Shown: positions 55,967 to 64,000 of the stretch, one piece after another
How positions within the stretch are numbered: the first letter of the stretch is position 1
How the letters are laid out: each line of letters starts with the position of its first letter
NCBI GenBank assembly: GCA_964517315.1
Contig: CAZFCJ010000003.1
Location: forward strand, 4,487 to 68,486
Reading direction: 5' to 3'
Length of the DNA stretch: 64,000 nucleotides
Source: an uncultured Anaerolineaceae bacterium
GTDB lineage: Bacteria > Chloroflexota > Anaerolineae > Anaerolineales > E44-bin32
Made by a program: the position numbers and the translations under genes
Notes under the pieces: generated by a model
Seen by the model: the letters and a program-made list of their open reading frames with translations, nothing else
Databases searched by the model: none
Told to the model about the DNA's origin: nothing

Positions 55967-56553
55967 GGAGCGTTCGGCTCGGGAGCCCTGAATCGATTGC
56001 GATCGACGAACTGGGCCGCGGAGGCGCGGTTGAATTCCTCCATCTCCAAGATGTGGCCCCAACTGGTCATAACAACCGGGACGTCGATGGACGATCTGGG
56101 GAAGCCGATCACTTTGAAGTTGTCGTAGTCGTTCATCACATCGCGGATCTGGTCGGTGAGCCGATCGCAATCCGAGACGCCTGGAGCCTCGCAGTTGTAC
56201 CAGAAGATGACGTAACCGTGTTCAAGGCTGTGAACGAGGAAGCCCTCAGGGTGCTCCCCGAGTTCCTGCTCGTCGGCCTCAGTGTAAAAGCCGGCCGGGA
56301 GATTGCGCGGGTAGTGCTGCCCGGACGTCGGAGGGTCGGTATTGTAAGGTCCCGGGTCTGTCCCTTCCGGCACGTGCACAGTCGAAGCCATGACCGGCAC
56401 GGCTTCTCCCGATTGGGGCCGCACGTTGGCCCAGACGAAGTAACCGATGATGCCAACCACGACCACGGCGATGCCCCCCCATATCAGGTAGTTTCGTAAC
56501 CGCTGCTTACGTTGCCGTTCGCGGATCCGTCTCCGTCGCGATTTACGGGCCAT
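55963..56553 (-). CDS. DUF3105 domain protein (N-terminal TM anchor)
   Basis: 196 aa with SGQHY...HSLEHGYVIFWYN, typical of DUF3105. Confidence 0.75.
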   Translation of the reverse strand: MARKSRRRRIRERQRKQRLRNYLIWGGIAVVVVGIIGYFVWANVRPQSGEAVPVMASTVHVPEGTDPGPYNTDPPTSGQHYPRNLPAGFYTEADEQELGEHPEGFLVHSLEHGYVIFWYNCEAPGVSDCDRLTDQIRDVMNDYDNFKVIGFPRSSIDVPVVMTSWGHILEMEEFNRASAAQFVDRNRFRAPEPNAP

Positions 56554-56695
56554 GATACCTCCTGCTGGTCCACGTACTCGGACAATGATACTTGATCGAT
56601 CCCTGGCTCCAAGGCGGCCGTCTTACGCGCTGGGGCTCGCAAGTCACTTCAGTCGCCGCCACTGTGGAGATGCCGGAGGCCGGATAGGTTGGGAG

Positions 56696-57238
56696 TCAGG
56701 GGGTGGTTTCCGCCCGCCGCGGCACGCGGAATCCCCAGCCCTGGAGCAGCAGGCCGGCGATGAGCGCGCTCAAGAACAGGACGATGTTCCATGGCGCGGC
56801 GAGCTCGAGCGCCTGCACGATCAGCGCGGAGCCGAAGATCGAGCTGAGAACGATCAGCGCCCAATCAAAAAGCAGTGAGAGCAGAAGCGCGCCGAGAAGC
56901 GCGGCCACGAGGTAAACCACCCAGCGCCAGGACAAAGATCCAAGGCCGGCAAACTCCAGAAACGCGTTCGCCAGGAACGCGCCGGCAATCGCTCCGGCCA
57001 GAATGATGCCGAACCGTTGAACGAGCACCGCGAAGCCGGCCCCCAGCAATCCGGCGATCAGGGCCAACGCGATGTGCATCCAGTTCGGGGCTTGGTCGAG
57101 AAAGGTCTCGGCGCCTCGCAAGCCGATCAGAAAGCCGACCGCCGCAACGAACAGCCAGTACAGGCGCCTTCCCATGGCGATCAGCGCAGCTCCGACGGCC
57201 AGCCGCAGGGCCAGGGTCAGGGAAGCCATGATCCGCAT
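56696..57238 (-). CDS. multi-TM membrane protein (DUF4203-like)
   Basis: About 180 aa from MRIMASL, with 5-6 Gly/Ala-rich TM segments. Confidence 0.5.
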   Translation of the reverse strand: MRIMASLTLALRLAVGAALIAMGRRLYWLFVAAVGFLIGLRGAETFLDQAPNWMHIALALIAGLLGAGFAVLVQRFGIILAGAIAGAFLANAFLEFAGLGSLSWRWVVYLVAALLGALLLSLLFDWALIVLSSIFGSALIVQALELAAPWNIVLFLSALIAGLLLQGWGFRVPRRAETTP

Positions 57239-57263
57239 CGAAATTCGGTGCGAGATCGCAGGA

Positions 57264-57737
57264 TCACGAGCCCTTAACCCTGGGGTTGGGCAGGAATGGA
57301 GATCTGACGTCCTGCGGAATGGACCGGACGGCAAGGGTCAAGCGAGACACGGCGATCAGCTGCTTGGCCTCGTCTCTAATTTGGATCTCCCAGACCTGAG
57401 TGGTACGGCCCAGATGAAATGGGCGGGCGGTCCCGTACACCCAGCCCTCGTCCACCGGCCGCATATGATTGACGTTGATCTCCACGCCGACCACGAAACG
57501 GTGTTCCGCGTCGATGGCGAAATTTCCGGCGACGCTTCCGAGGGTCTCGGCGAAGGCGGCGGAGGAGCCACCGTGGAGTTTGCCCCACGGCTGACAGGTT
57601 CGCTCGTCGACCGGCATGCGCCCGGTCATGTAATCGCTGCCGATCTCAATGAACTCAATACCCAGATGACCGGACAACGACCCCTGCGATGAACGGTTGA
57701 GCTGCTCCAGATCTGGCTGGGTCTGCCAAATTCCCAT
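57264..57737 (-). CDS. PaaI/YdiI-type hotdog thioesterase
   Basis: 157 aa with LHGGSSAAFAETLGS in a hotdog core. Confidence 0.78.
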   Translation of the reverse strand: MGIWQTQPDLEQLNRSSQGSLSGHLGIEFIEIGSDYMTGRMPVDERTCQPWGKLHGGSSAAFAETLGSVAGNFAIDAEHRFVVGVEINVNHMRPVDEGWVYGTARPFHLGRTTQVWEIQIRDEAKQLIAVSRLTLAVRSIPQDVRSPFLPNPRVKGS

Positions 57738-57831
57738 CTTTGCCGCCTCTTCCCGTGCGTTGGGCCAAATTCAGCGAGTGCGCCGTGTGCGGTGGTGTGC
57801 GATTCTACCTCGCCCGTGGTCCGCTGCAGGA

Positions 57832-58776
57832 TCAGGATGATTGCCTCGGGGCCGGCCATGATCCGGGCGACTCGAGCGGCAGCGGCGGGCCCTCGTCGGT
57901 TCGCATTCCGCACTCTTCGCGCTCAAATTCGACTTCAAACGTAGTGTGCTCGAGGGACATGTCCCGGGTCAGATCGCGAATGTCGCACTTGATGTCTATC
58001 AATTCGTCGGCGCGCGTATCGTCGTCGACGACGATGTGCGCGGTCAGGACGTGGCGCCGCCCATCCAACGACCACACGTGGATGTGATGGATGGACAAAA
58101 CCCTGGGGATCTTTCGTAAGGCGGCCTCAAACTCCTCCAGCTGGACCTCCTCGGGGACGGCCTGAAGGAACAGGGACACCGTGCGGCGTAAGTTCCGCAC
58201 CACGTTGGCCAGAACGTAAGCCGTGATCAGCACGGACAATATCGGATCCAGGATGTAGAAGGGTCGGAACAGGAGCACCAGACCAACGATCATCACCGCG
58301 ATCCAGCCCAACACGTCCTCGAGCAGGTGCCACGCGATCACCCTGGCGTTCAGTGTGCGCTCCCCGCGCAGTCGCAATATGGCCGCGCCGTTGGCCGCGA
58401 TGCCCACCAGTGCGAAAAGGGCCATGCCGGCGGCGTGGGTCGGTTCGGGTTCGAGGAGACGGGGGATCGCCTCGGCGAGCACGAAGATGGACCCGACGAT
58501 CAACACCACGGTCGAGAGCAGCGCGCCGAGGAGCGAAAAACGGCGGTATCCGTAGGAAAAACGTCGGTCCCCCGCGCGGCCCGCGTAGCGCTCCAGCATC
58601 CATGACAGCCCCAGCGACAGGCTGTCGCCGAGATCGTGCACCGCGTCCGACAGGATGGCCACGCTGTTGGTGAGCAATCCGACCGCGATCTCAAGAACCG
58701 TGAAGGCCAGGTTGAGACCGAACGCCGTGCTCAGCCCGCTGGTCGTTCCGTTCGAGGGTCTGTGACTATGCTTCAT
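57832..58776 (-). CDS. cation diffusion facilitator (CDF) transporter (CzcD/ZitB-like)
   Basis: HxxxD motifs SDAVHDLGD and HLLEDVLG plus a cytoplasmic CTD. Start set at ATG 58776 (MKHSHR). The listed ORF extends to 59193. Confidence 0.85.
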   Translation of the reverse strand: MKHSHRPSNGTTSGLSTAFGLNLAFTVLEIAVGLLTNSVAILSDAVHDLGDSLSLGLSWMLERYAGRAGDRRFSYGYRRFSLLGALLSTVVLIVGSIFVLAEAIPRLLEPEPTHAAGMALFALVGIAANGAAILRLRGERTLNARVIAWHLLEDVLGWIAVMIVGLVLLFRPFYILDPILSVLITAYVLANVVRNLRRTVSLFLQAVPEEVQLEEFEAALRKIPRVLSIHHIHVWSLDGRRHVLTAHIVVDDDTRADELIDIKCDIRDLTRDMSLEHTTFEVEFEREECGMRTDEGPPLPLESPGSWPAPRQSS

Positions 58777-58890
58777 AATGTCATTGTACTTAAGAGGACG
58801 CGACCCGTTAACATGAGCTGGGTCCGGACGAGGACCACGTGCAAGGGCGGTTGAGACCCGCCCGAGCCTAGACAGAAAGGCGCTGCGTCT

Positions 58891-59148
58891 ATGACGGCCC
58901 TGTTGGGACTGGGATTGGTCGGAGCGACGATCCTTGCCAGCGCGGTCTGTATGCTGTACGTCTTGTGGATGCTCGACCGCGAGAAGGGGCGGCTTCACGC
59001 TCTTTTGGGACTTTTCCTGCCGCCCTATGCGTATTTCTGGGCCATGTGGAACGCTCGCCGACTCGGTCTCGCGCCGATCGTGTCCCTGTGGACGCTCTTT
59101 GGGGCGACCTCTGTGGTCCTTGCTTTCCTGCTGGAGCTCAACCGCTAG
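58891..59148 (+). CDS. small membrane protein (3 TM), unknown function
   Basis: 85 aa, hydrophobic. The coding call is tentative. Confidence 0.4.
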   Translation: MTALLGLGLVGATILASAVCMLYVLWMLDREKGRLHALLGLFLPPYAYFWAMWNARRLGLAPIVSLWTLFGATSVVLAFLLELNR

Positions 59149-59391
59149 TCGACCTCGCGACCGCCCATTCAGCGGCCGGAGAAATGCGGACACAGGGCGA
59201 GCAATTCACTTCGTCGCGCGCCGGTTGGAACGTCCTCTTTGGCGCGGGTGCTCACCTGGCCGGTGGACCCCCATCACGGTTCCCGGCGAGTTCAATTGGG
59301 GCCGAACGGCGGCGGGGGCTTGGAGAATCTCTGACGACGGGCGCGACGTCCTGAGGATACCGATCTGTTTCTCGGCCGTCAGGAATGAACC

Positions 59392-59431
59392 AAAAGCCGG
59401 CCTCCGGGTGTTGTATCGGAGGCCGGCTTTT
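59392..59431. terminator. bidirectional intrinsic terminator
   Basis: AAAA-GCCGGCCTCCG-(10-nt loop)-CGGAGGCCGGC-TTTT, a perfect 11-bp stem between the convergent genes. Confidence 0.8.
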
Positions 59432-59451
59432 GCACCGTCGAAGGGGGGTCG

Positions 59452-60789
59452 TCAGGCGCGCCGGCGCCTCCTGGTGTCCTGTAGGTTCATGTCCCCGGCA
59501 CCGAAGATGTGGGGGCCGAGATCGTAGCCGGCCTGCTCGAGGCGCTGGCCGAACATCGGCCGGATCCCGGTCGGTTTGAGCTCGCCCAGCACGTTCATCT
59601 CCTCGTCCATCCCGGTCTCCTCGAAGCGGAAGATCTCGCTCATGACGACCGTGTCGCCCTCCATCCCGAGCACCTCGGTGATGGAGGTGACCTTCCGGCT
59701 GCCGTCCCGCAAGCGGGATTGCTGGACGATCACGTCGACCGCTGAGGCGATCTGTTCGCGCACGACTTTGAGCGGAAACTCGAGCCCGGCCATCAGGACC
59801 AGGGTTTCCAGCCTCGAGATGGCGTCGCGCGGCGAGTTGGCGTGAATCGTGGTTAGGGATCCATCGTGCCCGGTGTTCATCGCCTGGAGCATGTCCAGCG
59901 CTTCGCCGCTGCGCACCTCACCGACGATGATGCGGTCGGGGCGCATGCGCAGCGAGTTCTTCACCAGATGGCGAATCGGGACCTCTCCCTGGCCATCGAC
60001 GTTGGGCGGCTTCTTTTCGAGCCGCACCAGGTGGTCGTGGTGCAGTTGGAGTTCGGCGGCGTCCTCGATGGTGACGATGCGTTCACCCTCGGGGATGCGC
60101 TCGGAAAGGATGTTGAGCAAGGTGGTCTTGCCCGAGCCCGTTCCGCCGGAGACGATGATGTTCAGTCGCGCCACCACACAGGCCTCGAGGAACTCGGCCA
60201 TGTTCTCGGTCAGTGAGCCGAGCTTAATGAGGTCTTCAACGTGCAGCCGGTCCTTGGCGAACTTGCGGATTGTGACCGACGGCCCGTCGATGGCGACCGG
60301 CGGGATCACCGCGTTGACCCTCGATCCGTCGGGAAGGCGCGCGTCGACGGTGGGGTTGTCGGCGTCGATGCGGCGGCCCAGCGGTAAGATGATCCGGTCG
60401 ATGAGACGCAGAATCGCGGCGTCGTCCGGAAAGCGGATAGGCGCCTTTTCGATCCGCCCGCCCCGTTCGGCGAAGACATTGGACGGTCCGTTCACCATGA
60501 TCTCGCTGACTTCCGGATCGTCCAGCAGGGGCTGGATTTCGCCGAACCCAAGCACGTCTTGCAGGGCGCTCTTGACGAGCTGCTCGCGCAGATCTTCCGA
60601 GATCGAAAGGCCAGTCCGGTCGATCGCCTCCCGCAGCAGGCGGTTGGCGATCTCCTCCGTGTTGCCAGAATGAGGCTCCGCTTCCAAACCGCGCGTGGCC
60701 TGCTCCACCAGCCACCCTCTGAGCTTGACGAGGGTCTTCTCGTCGACGGTGCTTTCGGCTTGTTCTTCGATGCGTGGCTCAGTCGCCAT
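59452..60789 (-). CDS. CpaF/TadA-type (type II/IV secretion family) hexameric ATPase
   Basis: Walker A SGGTGSGKTTLLN, GEVRSGEA, and T2SSE-like sequence throughout. Start set at ATG 60789. Confidence 0.85.
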   Translation of the reverse strand: MATEPRIEEQAESTVDEKTLVKLRGWLVEQATRGLEAEPHSGNTEEIANRLLREAIDRTGLSISEDLREQLVKSALQDVLGFGEIQPLLDDPEVSEIMVNGPSNVFAERGGRIEKAPIRFPDDAAILRLIDRIILPLGRRIDADNPTVDARLPDGSRVNAVIPPVAIDGPSVTIRKFAKDRLHVEDLIKLGSLTENMAEFLEACVVARLNIIVSGGTGSGKTTLLNILSERIPEGERIVTIEDAAELQLHHDHLVRLEKKPPNVDGQGEVPIRHLVKNSLRMRPDRIIVGEVRSGEALDMLQAMNTGHDGSLTTIHANSPRDAISRLETLVLMAGLEFPLKVVREQIASAVDVIVQQSRLRDGSRKVTSITEVLGMEGDTVVMSEIFRFEETGMDEEMNVLGELKPTGIRPMFGQRLEQAGYDLGPHIFGAGDMNLQDTRRRRRA

Positions 60790-61102
60790 TTTGCTCGCTG
60801 CCCCTGATCTCCTCGTGGGGTACCACCCAACTGATCTGCTCCCGGTTGAGGGCCAGGAATTCCGTTTGTAGGACCTGACCGTTTTCATCAATGCGCGCGT
60901 CGGTCAGCGCCAGAAACGGGGGGCCTTCGTTGATTTCATCGAGCAGCCTCCGTTCTGGGTGCACGTAAATCTGGCCCTCAACCTTCCCGCTTCGGGTGCG
61001 GATGAGGACAGAAACGGGCTCCTTGGAGACGACCTCCGTGAAGTACTTCCCCCGCGGTCCGTAACGCATCCTGTCCTCGCTTGTACCTCGGCTCATGTTC
61101 AC
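60779..61102 (-). CDS. small (~107 aa) soluble protein of unknown function, translationally coupled to the cpaF-like gene
   Basis: RBS GGAGG lies 7 nt before GTG 61102. 11-nt overlap with the ATPase start. Predicted beta-rich, with no motif I recognise. Confidence 0.55.
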   Translation of the reverse strand: MNMSRGTSEDRMRYGPRGKYFTEVVSKEPVSVLIRTRSGKVEGQIYVHPERRLLDEINEGPPFLALTDARIDENGQVLQTEFLALNREQISWVVPHEEIRGSEQNGD

Positions 61103-61416
61103 GTTTCCACCTCCCCGGTGGATTTTCAATGTCGGCGCCACTACCCGGCCAGGCCACTCCGCGTAAGGCACGCAAAAATCCTTCACACTCGATAAGGTGG
61201 CGGGCCGGCAAATCCCGTTGCGCGGACGGTGGCCCCCCGGCTCTACATGACTGCCTTGCGGCGGTTGTGATCGTTCGGAGCGCCGTCCTGATTCGGGCTG
61301 AATTTGGGTCCGGGCGAAGAACTCCGGCTACCCTAAAAATTCTAGGCCAGGACGGGGCATCTCGACCTTACGAAGTCCTGACAATCGACAGCGGCTGGGG
61401 GCGTGGGGGAGGCCGC

Positions 61417-62658
61417 TCACGAGCAATTGGCTTCGGCGTCAGCGGTGCGTTGGATGAGCGAAAGATAGAAATCGAGGGTGCGGCGGGCGACGGTCTCCCA
61501 CGTGAAGTGGGACTTTACGCGTGCCCGCCCCGCCGCGCCCATCCGTCGCGCTCGAGCGGGATCCTCGAGCAGCGCGTTGATGCGGTCACCCAGCTCGTGG
61601 GCGAAAGCCTGAGGATCGCCCGGAGCGGCGTCCTGAGGTCCGGTCGAGGTCAGCGGTACCAGGTGGCCGGTTTCGCCGTCCAATACGACCTCCGGGATGC
61701 CGCCCACGGCGGAGGCGACCACGGGCGTGCCGCAGGCCATGGCTTCCAGATTGATCAGGCCGAAGGGTTCATAGACCGACGGGCAAACGAACACGGCGGC
61801 GTGGCTGTACAAATGCACCAGCTCCTCCCGGGGCAGCATGGCCTCGATCCAGATCACGTCGCGGGAGACCTTAAGCGCCCGTACTCGCTTTCCGATTTCG
61901 GCGGCCAAATCGCGGGTATCGGCCGCACCGGCGCATAGCACGATTTGCACCTTGTTCGGGAGGTCGGGGACCGCGGCCAGCAGATGCCTCAAACCCTTCT
62001 GGCGCGAAATTCTTCCCACGAAAAGGACGAACGGCCGCCGCGGGTCGATCCCGTGTTTGCGGAGCACGGCGGGGTTCTGTGTCGGCCGGTACACCTGAGG
62101 GTCGATGCCGTTGTGGATGACTTGGATCTTGTCGGGTGAAACCCCGTACAGGCGCGCGACGTCCTCCTTCATCGCCTTCGAGACCGCGACAACGCCGTCG
62201 GCCTGTGCGTAGGCCGTGCGCTCGATCCATTGGGTCACCCTGTAGGCCCGACCCAGTTGCCCGGCCTTCCACGGGCGCTGCGCCTCGAGCGAGTGGGTCG
62301 TCAGCACCAGCGGGGCCCCGGTGAGCTGCTGCAGCAGGCACCCCGCCAGGTGCGTGTACCAGGTGTGACCGTGGATGATGTCCGGCGCGGCCGCCAATCC
62401 GGTCATCCTCACATTGCGGGCGAGGGCGTCCAGGAGTTTGCGGTGCCGTGCGTATTGGACCGTGAGATCGTCGTCGGCCTGTACGCCCCTCACCTGCAGG
62501 TTTCCCCGGCGCTCATCTTGCGCGCCAAAAGCCAGAACCTCGATGCGATGCGCCCCATCGTCGAGCTGTGCCAGGCTGCGGCTCAGGTGCTCGATGTGGA
62601 CCCCGGCCCCTCCGTACACATGGGGCGGGTATTCGTTGGTGAGCATGAGAACGATCAT
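61417..62658 (-). CDS. GT4 glycosyltransferase, Corynebacterium-type glycogen synthase-like
   Basis: 413 aa with N-terminus [25 protein letters not shown] and motif [20 protein letters not shown]. Confidence 0.75.
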   Translation of the reverse strand: MIVLMLTNEYPPHVYGGAGVHIEHLSRSLAQLDDGAHRIEVLAFGAQDERRGNLQVRGVQADDDLTVQYARHRKLLDALARNVRMTGLAAAPDIIHGHTWYTHLAGCLLQQLTGAPLVLTTHSLEAQRPWKAGQLGRAYRVTQWIERTAYAQADGVVAVSKAMKEDVARLYGVSPDKIQVIHNGIDPQVYRPTQNPAVLRKHGIDPRRPFVLFVGRISRQKGLRHLLAAVPDLPNKVQIVLCAGAADTRDLAAEIGKRVRALKVSRDVIWIEAMLPREELVHLYSHAAVFVCPSVYEPFGLINLEAMACGTPVVASAVGGIPEVVLDGETGHLVPLTSTGPQDAAPGDPQAFAHELGDRINALLEDPARARRMGAAGRARVKSHFTWETVARRTLDFYLSLIQRTADAEANCS

Positions 62659-62792
62659 CCGTTCGCCTCCCCGGTCGCGTCAGGCCGGCCCGGGAGCGTA
62701 CTGGGCGAGGCCCGAAGACGCGCCGGGAATCATACCTTGACCGATCCCAGTCCCCAAATGGGAGCCGGCGCCGGTGAGGACTTCGGCCGCAC

Positions 62793-62821
62793 TTGACAGC
62801 CGCCGGGCTGAGTCATATACT
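62793..62821 (+). promoter_or_regulatory. near-consensus sigma70 promoter (TTGACA-17 nt-TATACT)
   Basis: The -35 hexamer is at 62793-62798 and the -10 hexamer at 62816-62821, read directly from the sequence. Confidence 0.7.
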
Positions 62822-62831
62822 GGCTTAGTAG

Positions 62832-62845
62832 TTAGGATCCCCTAA
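62832..62845. promoter_or_regulatory. inverted repeat TTAGG-N4-CCTAA, candidate DtxR/MntR-family operator
   Basis: Perfect 5-bp arms lying 10 nt downstream of the -10 hexamer. The arms match the outer half-sites of the DtxR/IdeR box. Confidence 0.4.
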
Positions 62846-62861
62846 ATCAGAGTTTATAGTG

Positions 62862-63578
62862 ATGAAACTTCTGTCCGCGGCGGTCGAAGATTACCTGAAG
62901 GCGATTTATGAGCTGGAGCTCGCCAGCGGGGAGGAGCGCGTCGGCACCTCGGACTTGGCCGACAAGTTGGACGTCTCCAACGCCTCGGTGACGGGAATGC
63001 TCAGGAAGCTGTCGCAGATGGAGCCGCGCCTGGCGGACTATCAACGCTATCGAGGCGTGCGTCTGACCGAAGCAGGCCGAAAAATAGCGCTCGAAGTCGT
63101 GCGCCACCACAGGCTGATCGAAGCCTACCTGATCCAGGCCTTGGGCTACTCGTGGGACGAAGTCCACGCCGAGGCCGAGGAGCTCGAGCACGTCATTTCG
63201 GAGGAGTTGGAGGACCGAATCGCGGCCTATCTGGGTCACCCTTCTTTCGATCCGCACGGGGATCCGATTCCGGACCGCGAGGGGAATTTGGAAGAAACGG
63301 GCGAGATCCAGCTGACGGACCTCGAGACCGGCGAGCGCGCTACGATTACCCGGGTTTCGGATAACCCCAAGCTGTTGCGCTATCTGGACGAACTGGATTT
63401 TGGGCTGCGGACCGACGTGGAGGTTGTGGAGAGAGGCCCCTTCGGCGGTCCCCTTCACGTGCGCGCCGCGGAAGAGGACAAGGTCCACGCGCTCAGCCGT
63501 CAGGTCACGGACCAGGTGTTCGTTTCAACGGCGAAGTCAACAAGCAGGAGGACCACAGAAGATGTCGGATCAACCTGA
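62862..63578 (+). CDS. DtxR/MntR family metal-dependent transcriptional regulator with C-terminal FeoA/SH3-like domain
   Basis: N-terminus MKLLSAAVEDYLKAIYEL, a wHTH, the metal-site region, and a C-terminal SH3-like domain. Confidence 0.88.
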   Translation: MKLLSAAVEDYLKAIYELELASGEERVGTSDLADKLDVSNASVTGMLRKLSQMEPRLADYQRYRGVRLTEAGRKIALEVVRHHRLIEAYLIQALGYSWDEVHAEAEELEHVISEELEDRIAAYLGHPSFDPHGDPIPDREGNLEETGEIQLTDLETGERATITRVSDNPKLLRYLDELDFGLRTDVEVVERGPFGGPLHVRAAEEDKVHALSRQVTDQVFVSTAKSTSRRTTEDVGST

Positions 63579-64000
63579 GCCCGAACGGCGGCTCAATCGC
63601 AGGGACTTTCTCAAAGCCGGATTGTTCACCGGCGCGGTCGCCGGCGGGACATTTGCCGTCGCCCAGGCCCACAATGCGACGCACCCCGGGCACGCTCACG
63701 ATCACCTACAGGGGGGAGGGCACGAGCATGAAGAGCGCCACGCTGGTGGTTTGGGGACCGTCGGCAGTGTGGACAGCCAGGCGAACGGCTTCGACCCGCA
63801 CGAGATGCTGTATGACTGGGATTACGGCGAAGTGAGCACGCTGCCCAATGGCCAAACCCTGAGAGAATATCGCATCGTGGCGGTCGACAAAGAGATTGAG
63901 ATCGCGCCTGGGATCGTGTTCCCAGCCTGGGCCTATGAGGGGCGTGTGCCGGGACCGTCGCTGCGCTGCGTAGAGGGGGATCGGATCCGCATCGAGTTCT
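63562..64000 (+). CDS. multicopper oxidase, Tat-signal, 3'-truncated by window edge
   Basis: ATG 63562 lies in frame 1, which stays open to the window end. Contains the twin-arginine motif RRDFLK, a His-rich stretch HNATHPGHAHDHLQGGGHEHEERH, and a cupredoxin domain 1-like region (REYRIVAVDKEIEIAPG...WAYEGRVPGP). 17-nt overlap with the regulator gene. Confidence 0.75.
   Translation, partial: MSDQPEPERRLNRRDFLKAGLFTGAVAGGTFAVAQAHNATHPGHAHDHLQGGGHEHEERHAGGLGTVGSVDSQANGFDPHEMLYDWDYGEVSTLPNGQTLREYRIVAVDKEIEIAPGIVFPAWAYEGRVPGPSLRCVEGDRIRIEF

Noticed and set aside
58777-59193. 139-aa N-terminal extension of the CDF transporter ORF
   Set aside because: It is Arg/Pro/Gly-rich with no homology pattern. 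The canonical CDF N-terminus begins at MKHSHR (58776).
1-64000. Search for tRNA, rRNA, CRISPR arrays, transposases/integrases, toxin-antitoxin or recognisable defence genes, and TGA-split selenoprotein candidates
   Set aside because: I could identify none by eye. The intergenic regions lack tRNA T-arm/acceptor patterns and lack regularly spaced direct repeats. A proper tRNAscan, Infernal or CRISPR-finder run would be needed to exclude them formally.

Overview
High-GC (~65%) bacterial chromosomal segment. The gene content and the GTAGGGGC...GCCCCTAC REP-like palindromes suggest a Chloroflexota-type genome, but that is only a guess. I can support about 66 CDS. I saw no rRNA, tRNA, CRISPR array, transposase or integrase. 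Layout: (1) 1-11.1 kb, plus-strand 4-hydroxyphenylacetate/homoprotocatechuate meta-cleavage cluster (paaK-like, dapA-like, hydrolase, FAH, hpaE, hpaB, hpaC, hpaD, paaI-like, second ALDH). (2) 11.4-25 kb, mostly minus-strand housekeeping genes (tsaD, M24 peptidase, selA, ABC-F, LCP, PAP2/NTP-transferase/ATL operon, split nadE plus CN-hydrolase, lgt-like, rimI). (3) 25-35.7 kb, rplI, rodZ-like, moaA, HAD, SWIM protein, and lipid-related genes (UPF0104, FAD oxidoreductase, CDP-alcohol phosphatidyltransferase, yggT). (4) 35.8-41.7 kb, the most unusual locus: a translationally coupled minus-strand operon of ribA (GTP cyclohydrolase II), reductase-only RibD, MDR dehydrogenase, PTPS/QueD-like T-fold protein with Glu in place of the catalytic Cys, GT4 glycosyltransferase, two paralogous 4-TM proteins and a SAM methyltransferase. 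No other riboflavin genes are present, so I propose it makes an uncharacterised glycosylated/methylated GTP-derived metabolite. (5) 41.9-52.2 kb, ParB-like/USP fusion protein, ABC-2 exporter, and a Dpp/Nik-type ABC importer with a long structured leader and a coupled DUF1684 gene. (6) 52.3-64 kb, disulfide oxidoreductase, DUF427, tlpA-lgt, DUF3105, CDF transporter, an orphan cpaF-like ATPase with a small coupled partner, Corynebacterium-type glycogen synthase, and a DtxR/MntR-family regulator overlapping a Tat-signal multicopper oxidase (3'-truncated). Non-coding features: two REP-like palindrome clusters, a 28-nt dispersed 3'-UTR repeat (27/28 identical), a low-GC word-repeat island, several intrinsic terminators, two near-consensus sigma70 promoters, and one promoter-leader-terminator unit that may be a riboswitch or attenuator.
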